DNA of 39,603 bases from Bacteroidota bacterium (GTDB lineage: Bacteria; Bacteroidota; Ignavibacteria; Kryptoniales; JAKASW01), in contig JAJYJD010000002.1 in the NCBI GenBank assembly GCA_021789755.1, positions 1-39,603 of the forward strand, in the 5' to 3' direction. Below, piece by piece: positions 18,908-27,087 of the stretch; the first letter of the stretch is position 1, and every line of letters begins with the position of its first letter. A program made the translations under genes and the position numbers. Under the pieces are notes generated by a model. That model had not been told where the DNA came from. It saw nothing but the letters and a program-made list of their open reading frames with translations, and made no database searches.

Positions 18908-19224
18908 AGGTCGTCGATTTTTTCCGCGTGTGATGAAGCCGGGGAAAAGCTGTGCACCAGCCTTTGCCGTATTGGAGATGCATGCAACCCGCGATCTCGC
19001 GGATTTGTCGGAGAACGAAACGGGCTTAAAAATTGGGGGCACACTTGTTTCTTTTTCATATCGGGTCTAAATTTTTGCGTCGGCCGCGCAGAGCTGCACA
19101 CCGTAATATCCGGATAAGTTGAGCGGGCCGGCGCAGCCGCGTGCATGCGCGTCGTAGCGCGTAGACATGCCGAAATACTCGCTGGACAACTTCGGCGCGC
19201 AGGCACTTATACCAACCCGGAGCG

Positions 19225-20001
19225 ATGATGGAATTCGAAAATATCATTCTCACGAAGGAAGCTCCCATCGCGACAATCCAGCTTAATCGTCCCGACGTTC
19301 TCAATGCGCTCAATCGTAAACTCCTTACGGAGCTCGCCGCGTGCGTGGAAGAGCTGGACTCGGACGAATCGGTGAATTGCATCGTCCTTACCGGAAACGA
19401 GAAAGCCTTCGCTGCTGGCGCCGATATAAAAGAGATGGCGGAAGCGGACACGATTGACATGCTTTCCCGGGACAGCTTCAGTGTCTGGGACAGGATTAGA
19501 GGGACCAGGAAGCCGATAATCGCTGCGGTGAGCGGCTTCGCTCTGGGCGGAGGGTGCGAGCTCGCCATGATGTGCGATATAATTGTTGCCTCCGAAACGG
19601 CGAAGTTCGGCCAGCCGGAAATTAATATTGGAGTGATGCCCGGCGCCGGCGGCACTCAGCGGTTGACAAGAGCTGTCGGAAAATATAAGGCGATGGAAAT
19701 CGTTTTGACCGGCGAGATGATTGGCGCGGATGACGCGATGAGGGCCGGGCTGGTGAACAGGGTCGTACCGGTAGAACTGTATCTTGAGGAAGCAAAGAAG
19801 TTGGCCGGCGTAATTGCCTCTAAACCTCCGGTAGCCGTAAAACTTGCCAAAGAATCCGTGCTTAAAAGTCACGAGCTATCGCTTAAGGACGGATTGGAAT
19901 TCGAGAGAAAGAATTTCTATATGCTTTTTTCGAGCGAGGATCAGAAGGAAGGGATGAAGGCGTTCGTCGAGAAAAGGAAGCCGAAGTGGAAAGGCAAGTA
20001 G
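19225..20001 (+). CDS. Enoyl-CoA hydratase (crotonase family, PaaF/short-chain type)
   Basis: AAVSGFALGGGCELAMMCD and GQPEINIGVMPGAGGTQRL crotonase motifs, 258 aa. The second ATG (19228) has better GGAG spacing. Confidence 0.9.
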   Translation: MMEFENIILTKEAPIATIQLNRPDVLNALNRKLLTELAACVEELDSDESVNCIVLTGNEKAFAAGADIKEMAEADTIDMLSRDSFSVWDRIRGTRKPIIAAVSGFALGGGCELAMMCDIIVASETAKFGQPEINIGVMPGAGGTQRLTRAVGKYKAMEIVLTGEMIGADDAMRAGLVNRVVPVELYLEEAKKLAGVIASKPPVAVKLAKESVLKSHELSLKDGLEFERKNFYMLFSSEDQKEGMKAFVEKRKPKWKGK

Positions 20002-20178
20002 TTCATCGATGACGGCCTGCGAACGTAAGACCGGGTTTCAGACGGACCCCGAAAAGGAAGAACCGATCGGCAAAGGCACAAACTTGTTCACCGGTTCATT
20101 CGTGCTGTTCGTAAAGTTGATAAATATTATTCGTCCCATTCGTGTTAATATCTTGTGCAGTGATGAGGCAGTGATAAT

Positions 20179-20952
20179 ATGAAAAGAAAACTCGATTTTG
20201 TCCTGAAGGCGCGCAACGGCTCGGTTATTTTCGAGGACGACAGCATCCTCGTGCTCGAGAAGCCTCCGCAGCTTCTCGTTCTTCCCGACAGGTACAACCA
20301 TGAACTTCCGAACCTTTATGACATGCTGACGGAGGAGTTCGGCAAGATTTTCGTCGTTCACAGGATCGACAAAGAGACCGGCGGAGTCATAGTATTCGCC
20401 AAGAATGCCGAATCCCATGCGTCGCTGAACTCTCAGTTCGAACACAGGGCCATACACAAGAGCTATCTCGCTATCGTTGTCGGCCGGCCGGCGGAGGCCG
20501 AAGGAATTATCGATCTGCCGATATCGGAGAGCCAGACTCACCCGGGCGTCATGAAAGTGAACAGGAAGCACGGCAAACCTTCCGTCACAAACTACCGGGT
20601 CGACGAGCTGTTCGACGGTTATGCCCTCATAGAAGCGATGCCGGAAAGCGGCAGGCTTCACCAGATCAGAGTTCATCTCGCCTCCGTCGGACTTCCTGTA
20701 ATGTCGGACAAAGTGTACGGAGACGGGAAACCGTTTTTCCTCTCCCAGGTCAAATCGAATTATTATTCGGATGGCGACGAGAAGCCGCTCCTTTCGCGGA
20801 CTGCACTGCACGCCGGATCGATCACCTTTGCCCATCCGCAAACGGGCGAACAGGTGACATTCAACGCCGAGATGCCAAAAGACATGAGGTCCGTCCTGAA
20901 TTATCTCCGTAAATTCAGATCGCAAAACGCGCTTACATATAGTCATGCCTGA
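20179..20952 (+). CDS. RluA-family pseudouridine synthase (no S4 domain)
   Basis: Catalytic-Asp motif HRIDKETGGVIVFAKN and GRLHQIRVHLASVGLPVMSDKVYG, 257 aa. Confidence 0.85.
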   Translation: MKRKLDFVLKARNGSVIFEDDSILVLEKPPQLLVLPDRYNHELPNLYDMLTEEFGKIFVVHRIDKETGGVIVFAKNAESHASLNSQFEHRAIHKSYLAIVVGRPAEAEGIIDLPISESQTHPGVMKVNRKHGKPSVTNYRVDELFDGYALIEAMPESGRLHQIRVHLASVGLPVMSDKVYGDGKPFFLSQVKSNYYSDGDEKPLLSRTALHAGSITFAHPQTGEQVTFNAEMPKDMRSVLNYLRKFRSQNALTYSHA

Positions 20953-21724
20953 ATTTGAAACAGTAGAGGTCGCGGCAGAAAACGGGATCGGCAAGCTGAC
21001 GCTGAACCGACCGGATTCACTTAACGCCTTCAATGAGAAAATGACGGCCGAGATTCAATCGGTGCTGAAGAGTTTTTCATCTGAGAAAAGCATCCGGTGC
21101 GTAGCCATTACCGGCAAAGGGCGGGCGTTCTCGGCCGGTCAGGACCTGAAGGAGGTGGCGCCCGGAAAATCCTTCGCGGATTCGCTGAAGCGGCGTTACA
21201 ACCCGATGATCAGGCAAATTACCGGCATGGAAAAGCCTGTCGTAGCGCTCATTAACGGTGTCGCTGCCGGTGCCGGCATGAGTATGGCTCTGGCATGCGA
21301 TTTCAGGATAATGAGTCCAGGCGCGAAGCTGATCCAGGCTTTCGTGAAGATCGGTCTGGTCCCCGATTCCGGGTCGTCGTATTTCCTTCCGCGGCTCGTG
21401 GGTAGCTCGAAGGCATTCGAGCTCGCCGCGCTCGGCAGCGAAATATCGGCTGAGGAGGCAATGCGACTCGGGATAGTCAACCGCATTTTCCCGGATGAAG
21501 AATTTGCGGAGGAGTCACAGAAAATACTCGATCGTTTCGCAAACGGCCCCACGAGAGCCTATTCGCTCATAAAGAAGATGATGAGACATTCCGCGACATC
21601 TTCGCTTGAAGAGAGTCTTGAATACGAAGCTTATATGCAGGAAATTGCCGGACGGACGGAGGACGCGGGAGAGGCGACGAAAGCTTTCGTCGAGAAGCGC
21701 CCACCGGTGTATAAAGGAACATAA
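20945..21724 (+). CDS. Enoyl-CoA hydratase/isomerase family protein (PaaG-like)
   Basis: ALINGVAAGAGMSMALACDFRI and FVKIGLVPDSGSSYFLPRLVG. The start overlaps the RluA stop by 8 nt (ATGCCTGA). Confidence 0.85.
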   Translation: MPEFETVEVAAENGIGKLTLNRPDSLNAFNEKMTAEIQSVLKSFSSEKSIRCVAITGKGRAFSAGQDLKEVAPGKSFADSLKRRYNPMIRQITGMEKPVVALINGVAAGAGMSMALACDFRIMSPGAKLIQAFVKIGLVPDSGSSYFLPRLVGSSKAFELAALGSEISAEEAMRLGIVNRIFPDEEFAEESQKILDRFANGPTRAYSLIKKMMRHSATSSLEESLEYEAYMQEIAGRTEDAGEATKAFVEKRPPVYKGT

Positions 21725-21794
21725 TCCTTGCCGTTAAGGCAGCAATCGGCGCGGCGTTACATGCTCCGCCGAAACGACAGAGAGGAGAACGATT

Positions 21795-22652
21795 ATGTCT
21801 AACGATGTGATGAAAAATCCATCGAAGCTCTCAAATGAAGAACGCGAAAGACGGATGTGGGAAAAAATAAAAAGCGGTGAAGTGTTGGAAACCGCGGAAG
21901 ACATGGGCGACGACTATTTTGAAAACCTGACGAACCTAATGCTGCAGCAGGCCGACTCGGAGCTTGCGGGTGCGTTCGGCTACGTCCCGTGGATCATGAA
22001 GGCGCCGATGACCGAGGAGAAGCTCGCCGTAGCGAACATTGTAAAAGACGAAGTGCGCCACGCACGTGCGATGTACCGGCTGCTTGAAGACCTCGGGATC
22101 GACGTCGATTCCCATGTCGCCAAACACGACTACACACTGAGGGTTGATCTCAAGGCCGACGAGCTCAAGACCAAACGGGCGGCAGACGACAGACGAGTTA
22201 ATATCTTTTATTACACTATAGATACCTGGGCAGATTTCGTGATGTTCCAGTTCTGCATGGATCGCGGGGCCGGTCATCAGCTTGAGGACGTGCGCAGGTC
22301 GACATACGGACCGTGGAAAAGAGAGATAGAGCGCATTTTCAAGGAAGAGATGATGCACGTTAACCACGGAGATTTCTGGGTGAAGAAAATGGCGCTCGAC
22401 CGCGAGACGAAAGCGGAAATCCAGTCCGCGCTGGTCAGGTGGTACCCGCGTACGATGAACATATTCGGGAAACCGAAGACACATCATAACATGGTGTACA
22501 GGAAGTACGGCCTCAAAGCCAGGGACAATGACGAAGTGCGCAAGGCGTTCTCGGAAGAGGTCCGGCTGAAGTGTTCGGAGTGGGGGCTCAATTTGCCCGT
22601 CTGGACACCGGAATGGGAGAAAATCGAGGAAGACGGAGTTATATCGGGCTGA
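21795..22652 (+). CDS. PaaA-like ferritin-fold di-iron protein (phenylacetate-CoA oxygenase subunit A family)
   Basis: QQADSELAGAFGY...WIMKAPMTEEKLAVANIVKDEVRHARAMYRLLEDLG follows the PaaA pattern. There are two ExxH motifs (DEVRH, EEMMH) and CMDRGAG. SD AGGAG upstream. Confidence 0.7.
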   Translation: MSNDVMKNPSKLSNEERERRMWEKIKSGEVLETAEDMGDDYFENLTNLMLQQADSELAGAFGYVPWIMKAPMTEEKLAVANIVKDEVRHARAMYRLLEDLGIDVDSHVAKHDYTLRVDLKADELKTKRAADDRRVNIFYYTIDTWADFVMFQFCMDRGAGHQLEDVRRSTYGPWKREIERIFKEEMMHVNHGDFWVKKMALDRETKAEIQSALVRWYPRTMNIFGKPKTHHNMVYRKYGLKARDNDEVRKAFSEEVRLKCSEWGLNLPVWTPEWEKIEEDGVISG

Positions 22653-23857
22653 TGAAAGCGGTCGGTATTGCAGGTACGGGCACGATGGGTGCCGGGATTG
22701 CGATCTCCTTCGCGAGGAGCGGATGGGAAGTCCTGCTGTACGATGTTTCGAAAGAAATCATCTCACACTCACTGGAGTTGATCGGCAAGGAATTTCACCG
22801 CGAGGCCGAGAAGGGCAGGATAAGGCCCGATGATGCACAGGCGGCGATTGCGAGGATCCATCCCCGAACGGAGCTGTCCGAATTCTCCGAAGTGCACCTC
22901 GTCATCGAGGCAGTTATCGAAAATCTTGCCGTGAAGAAGGATCTCTTTGCAAAACTGGACAAGATTTGCGGGCCCGACGTTCCGCTTGCCTCGAATACTT
23001 CAAGTCTCCCCATCGGCGCGATTGCCAACGGGTGCATCGGAAGGAACAGGATCGCGGGACTCCACTTCTTCAATCCCGCACACAAGATGAAACTGGTGGA
23101 AGTCGTTAAGACCGATTTCCTCTCGGATGGGATTTTACAGGAGATTTCGCAGATCGTCAGGCAGATCGGCAAAACGCCAATTGTGACGCGGGATACACCC
23201 GGTTTTGTGGTGAACCGGTGCGTGCGGCATTTCTACCTTGAGCCGCTCCGCTTCCTGTCCGAGAGACTGGGGGGAATCGAAGAAATAGATTTTGCTTTTG
23301 AGAGTGCTAATTTTCCCATGGGGCCGTTCAGGCTTCTCGACCTGGTCGGCATCGACATCAATTTCGTCGTATCGAAATCGATATACGAGCAGTTCTTTCA
23401 TGAGCCCAGATTCAGGCCGGTGATACTGCAGCAGAAGATGGTGGAGTCCGGGCTGCTCGGGAGAAAAACCGGGAAAGGATTCTACAGCTACGACGACAAA
23501 ACCGCCCGCAGGGCTTTAAAGATAGAACGGAGAGACGCTTTCATAGGGGAGACTTTTCGGGAAATGGCACACAAAATTTGCGCAAAGCTGGAGATCAAGA
23601 GTCCGCTCAACGACGCTCAACAGCTCATACTCGCCAGAACAGTTTCCATGCTGGTGAACGAGGCTCACCTTATGCTCGAGGAAGGCATTGCCGACGGTGA
23701 GGACATAGACCTGGCATTGAGGCTCGGAACAAATTTCCCGAAGGGACCTCTTGAGCTTTCCGGATCGATCGGCAAATATCTGATCGCGGAGTTCCTTCAG
23801 ATCATGCGCCGTTCTTACGGCGACGCATACAGGCCGAGCCTGATGCTGTCGCATTAG
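22652..23857 (+). CDS. 3-hydroxyacyl-CoA dehydrogenase (extended C-terminus)
   Basis: Rossmann VGIAGTGTMGAGIA, NTSSL, HFFNPAHKMKLVEV, FVVNR, plus a second C-terminal 3HCDH-like region. ATG 22652 shares its A with the preceding TGA. The ORF-track extension to 22571 is rejected. Confidence 0.85.
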   Translation: MKAVGIAGTGTMGAGIAISFARSGWEVLLYDVSKEIISHSLELIGKEFHREAEKGRIRPDDAQAAIARIHPRTELSEFSEVHLVIEAVIENLAVKKDLFAKLDKICGPDVPLASNTSSLPIGAIANGCIGRNRIAGLHFFNPAHKMKLVEVVKTDFLSDGILQEISQIVRQIGKTPIVTRDTPGFVVNRCVRHFYLEPLRFLSERLGGIEEIDFAFESANFPMGPFRLLDLVGIDINFVVSKSIYEQFFHEPRFRPVILQQKMVESGLLGRKTGKGFYSYDDKTARRALKIERRDAFIGETFREMAHKICAKLEIKSPLNDAQQLILARTVSMLVNEAHLMLEEGIADGEDIDLALRLGTNFPKGPLELSGSIGKYLIAEFLQIMRRSYGDAYRPSLMLSH

Positions 23858-23871
23858 AAAGGAGAATGCAC

Positions 23872-24396
23872 ATGCGAGCTAGAAACGTCGTGTGTCTTTG
23901 CGCACTCTTGTTTTCAGCCACAGCGTTCGCGCAGCCGCAGGTCTATCAGTTCACGGAACTCCAGCATTTCCTGCCGGCGGGAGAATTCGAAAACTATTCC
24001 CGGGGAAAACCGACTGGTGAGACGTCTTCGATGATGGGATTCTCTACCTCTTGGGCTCAGGTTATCTACCACCTCGCGACGGACACATCAGAGAGTTCCA
24101 TCTCCGTGAAGATAACGGACATGGTGAGCATACCGTCTTACATGAATGTTTCAGGCGATATCGATAAGGAAACCCGGACAGGCTACGAGAGAACGGTCCT
24201 GTACGACGGCATCAGAGTCCTTGAAACGTTTGACGGCGCATCCCGGGATGCTAAGCTTCAACTCCCGGTCTCGAACAGATTCCTTGTAGAGATTACCGGT
24301 ACCGGAATGGATAGCACAAGGCCTCTGTACAATCTTCTTGACAAAACGAATATTGAAGGACTGAATAAACTGGCACAATCCGCGAAATCCCCGTGA
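23872..24396 (+). CDS. Exported hypothetical protein
   Basis: Signal peptide MRARNVVCLCALLFSATAFA-QPQ with no recognisable motif. AAAGGAG lies 7 nt before ATG 23872. ATG 23866 is an alternative start. Confidence 0.6.
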   Translation: MRARNVVCLCALLFSATAFAQPQVYQFTELQHFLPAGEFENYSRGKPTGETSSMMGFSTSWAQVIYHLATDTSESSISVKITDMVSIPSYMNVSGDIDKETRTGYERTVLYDGIRVLETFDGASRDAKLQLPVSNRFLVEITGTGMDSTRPLYNLLDKTNIEGLNKLAQSAKSP

Positions 24397-24488
24397 CGCT
24401 AATGCCTTTCGGGGATATATGACGCATCATTTCTTTCCCACCCTTTTTTTCCGGAAATCTTCATGACGAGATTTTTGTTGCAGGGTAT

Positions 24489-25703
24489 ATGAGCGGACAC
24501 ATTTCCCCTGCATACATCGTCGCGGCATTCAGAACGCCTGTCGGAAAGTATGGCGGCGTACTTAGAAGCGTCAGGCCCGACGATCTCGCGGCGATAGTTA
24601 TCGGTGCTGTCGTGGACAGAACGCGAATTGATCCTGCTAAAGTGGACGAAGTGATATTGGGATGCGCCAACCAGGCGGGGGAGGACAACAGGAACGTCGC
24701 CCGAATGGCTGTGCTCCTTGCCGGCTTTCCGTACAGCGTGCCGGCATACACTGTCAACCGCCTCTGTGGTTCCAGCCTCGAAGCCGTCAACTCCGCGGCC
24801 AGGATGATCTGGGCGGGTGACGCCGAATGCGTAATCGCCGGCGGAGCCGAGAGCATGTCACGGGCTCCCTATGCGCTCGCGAAGAATACCACGGGAGAGA
24901 CAGTTTACGGCAACCTGTCCGCTTACGACACGGCGCTCGGCTGGCGCTTTCCGAACCCGAAATTGGCCGCGCGTTTTCCGTTGGAGAGCATGGGTGAGAC
25001 TGCGGAGAATTTAGCCGAAAAATACAAGATCCGCCGCGACGAGCAGGACAGCTTCGCGCTTGAAAGTCACCGGCGTGCAATCGTGGCCCAGGACGACGGC
25101 AAGTTCGCCGACGAAATCGTCCCGGTCAACATCATGGAACATAAGGGCGAAGGGATGCGGGTAACGCACGATGAAGGCCCGAGGCGCGATACGAACCTGG
25201 AGAAGATGTCGAAACTGAAACCTTCATTCAGATCGGCCGGAACCGTAACTGCCGGGAACTCATCCGGGCTCAATGACGGCGCCGCCGCGCTGCTTCTTTG
25301 CTCGGAGTCTTTCGTGAAGGCGAACGGCCTGACACCGATGGGACAAATAGTTTCGTCGGGCACCGCCGGTGTTGATCCGAGGTACATGGGGATCGGGCCG
25401 GTCCCAGCGACTCAGAAAGCCCTCGAGAAAGCAAAGTTGAAACTGGAAAAAATAGGACTCATAGAATTGAACGAAGCTTTTGCCGCGCAGTCGCTCGCGG
25501 TCATCCGTGATATTGGGTTCGACAGGGAGATCACCAACGTTAACGGCGGAGCTATCGCGCTCGGCCATCCGCTCGGTGCGAGCGGTGCACGCATCCTGAC
25601 CACTCTCGTTCATGAAATGAAGAGGAGCAAGACAGAGTTCGGCCTTGCGACGATGTGCGTAGGCGTCGGGCAGGGAATATCGACCATAATAAGACTGACA
25701 TAG
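24489..25703 (+). CDS. Acetyl-CoA C-acyltransferase (thiolase, PaaJ/FadA-like)
   Basis: Active-site Cys in [12 protein letters not shown], then [18 protein letters not shown], and the C-terminal Cys in MCVGVGQG. Confidence 0.9.
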   Translation: MSGHISPAYIVAAFRTPVGKYGGVLRSVRPDDLAAIVIGAVVDRTRIDPAKVDEVILGCANQAGEDNRNVARMAVLLAGFPYSVPAYTVNRLCGSSLEAVNSAARMIWAGDAECVIAGGAESMSRAPYALAKNTTGETVYGNLSAYDTALGWRFPNPKLAARFPLESMGETAENLAEKYKIRRDEQDSFALESHRRAIVAQDDGKFADEIVPVNIMEHKGEGMRVTHDEGPRRDTNLEKMSKLKPSFRSAGTVTAGNSSGLNDGAAALLLCSESFVKANGLTPMGQIVSSGTAGVDPRYMGIGPVPATQKALEKAKLKLEKIGLIELNEAFAAQSLAVIRDIGFDREITNVNGGAIALGHPLGASGARILTTLVHEMKRSKTEFGLATMCVGVGQGISTIIRLT

Positions 25704-25934
25704 TCCTGCGCTTTGAAAATAGCCCTTTGAGTAAAACTCTAAACTCGAAACTCTAACTGAATTGGAAATGCTGAATCCGGGATTTCCGGATTTTAAAGTT
25801 GCACTGCTCGCGTGGCTTCCGAAATCCGGATTTGGACGATTGGAATCTGCTCGGAGTTTGGTGCTCAGATATTAGGATTTTATGTCCTTCTTGCACAGAA
25901 TATGTTACCGGGATCATTAAAAAGGAGACACTAA

Positions 25935-26420
25935 ATGGATTGGATCCACGTATCACTTTTGTTCCACCTGATCGGCGTGGGAATGATATTCACGCTTCTC
26001 TTTGCCGGCCCGATTATAGAGGCGAATTTCAGATGGGAAAACGACATTAGAATGAAACAACATGCCGCCAAAATACTGAGAAGCGTGGGCCTCCTGTCGC
26101 CCTTCGGTGCGCTCGTATTGATACTCAGCGGGATCGGGAACATGATATCACTTCACATCACATTCGGCGACCTGTTCGGAAGCGCGGCGTGGCTCGGTCT
26201 GAAGCTCCTCTTCTTCATAGTCCTGCTCGGTATCGGCATGGTGCTCAGCCCCAAGACGGCGCGCCAGCGCGCGATGATCCTCGATCAGATGAACCAGATT
26301 AACCCGCCTGAAGATGCCGGCCAGAAAATGGATTCGCTTAACAGCAAGCAGACTCTTTTCTTTCTCGCGAACTGGATCCTCGTGATCGTAATAGTTCTTC
26401 TCACTTTGTTCAGACCGTAA
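25935..26420 (+). CDS. Four-helix integral membrane protein, function unknown
   Basis: Four hydrophobic segments. AAAGGAG lies 7 nt upstream of the ATG. Confidence 0.6.
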   Translation: MDWIHVSLLFHLIGVGMIFTLLFAGPIIEANFRWENDIRMKQHAAKILRSVGLLSPFGALVLILSGIGNMISLHITFGDLFGSAAWLGLKLLFFIVLLGIGMVLSPKTARQRAMILDQMNQINPPEDAGQKMDSLNSKQTLFFLANWILVIVIVLLTLFRP

Positions 26421-26453
26421 TTTTTTCACCAGAACCAATGCAGGAGATTCCGA

Positions 26454-26930
26454 ATGAGTTCAAAAACGATCGCTTTGATACGCAGATACGAGGACGGTCC
26501 GGGCGACCTGATCGCCAGCGTCGACGGGCTTTCAGACAGAGATCTTGACCGCAGATCGGCTCCGAAGAAGTGGACGATAAGGCAACAGGTTCATCATCTA
26601 GCCGATGCAGAACTCAATCTCGTCTGCAGGATGAAGAAGATCATCGCAGAGGACAACCCACTACTCATCGCATTCGATCAGACAAAGTGGGCCGACAGCC
26701 TGATTTATTCGGTTACAGACGTTGAAAACTCCGTTGCGCTCCTTTACACGCTGAGGGCTTCCATGACACCGATTCTGAAGAACCTCAAGGACAGAGATTT
26801 CTCCAGGACAGGGATTCATAACGAGAACGGCAAAGTGACGCTGATGGGCATCCTGGAACACACCGTCGAGCATTTCGAACACCACCTGAGCGAGATAGAG
26901 AAGACAAAGAGAAGGTACAAAATCAAATAG
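26454..26930 (+). CDS. DinB/YfiT-like four-helix-bundle protein
   Basis: Histidine pattern QVHHLADAE ... HTVEHFEHH in 158 aa. AGGAG upstream. Confidence 0.65.
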   Translation: MSSKTIALIRRYEDGPGDLIASVDGLSDRDLDRRSAPKKWTIRQQVHHLADAELNLVCRMKKIIAEDNPLLIAFDQTKWADSLIYSVTDVENSVALLYTLRASMTPILKNLKDRDFSRTGIHNENGKVTLMGILEHTVEHFEHHLSEIEKTKRRYKIK

Positions 26931-27087
26931 CAATCATCCGGAAAGACGGCACGCCGATGACACGGAAGAAAACGGATTTGCACTGATATCGGATTGTTTA
27001 TTAAATCCGTGACAATCCGCCTCGACTGCGGATTCCGTGTGGTATTTGTTCTTCCCGGATTTCGAAGGACAAACCAATGAGGATTTC

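Noticed and set aside
18880-19206. 108-aa minus-strand and 61-aa plus-strand ORFs in the A2M / enoyl-CoA hydratase intergenic gap
   Set aside because: Composition is implausible (Arg/Pro/Ser/Cys-rich), and there is no SD or motif. The region is treated as non-coding.
19056-19872. Two long minus-strand ORFs (199 and 221 aa) antisense to the enoyl-CoA hydratase gene
   Set aside because: The crotonase motifs are on the plus strand. These are shadow ORFs.
20038-21033. 331-aa minus-strand ORF covering the whole RluA gene
   Set aside because: The plus-strand frame has the RluA catalytic motifs HRIDKETGG and HQIRVH. The antisense frame has no motifs.
25761-25772. 12-mer ATTGGAAATGCT shared with 29626-29637
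   Set aside because: Single 12-mer matches are expected many times by chance in a 40-kb window, and the flanks do not extend the match.
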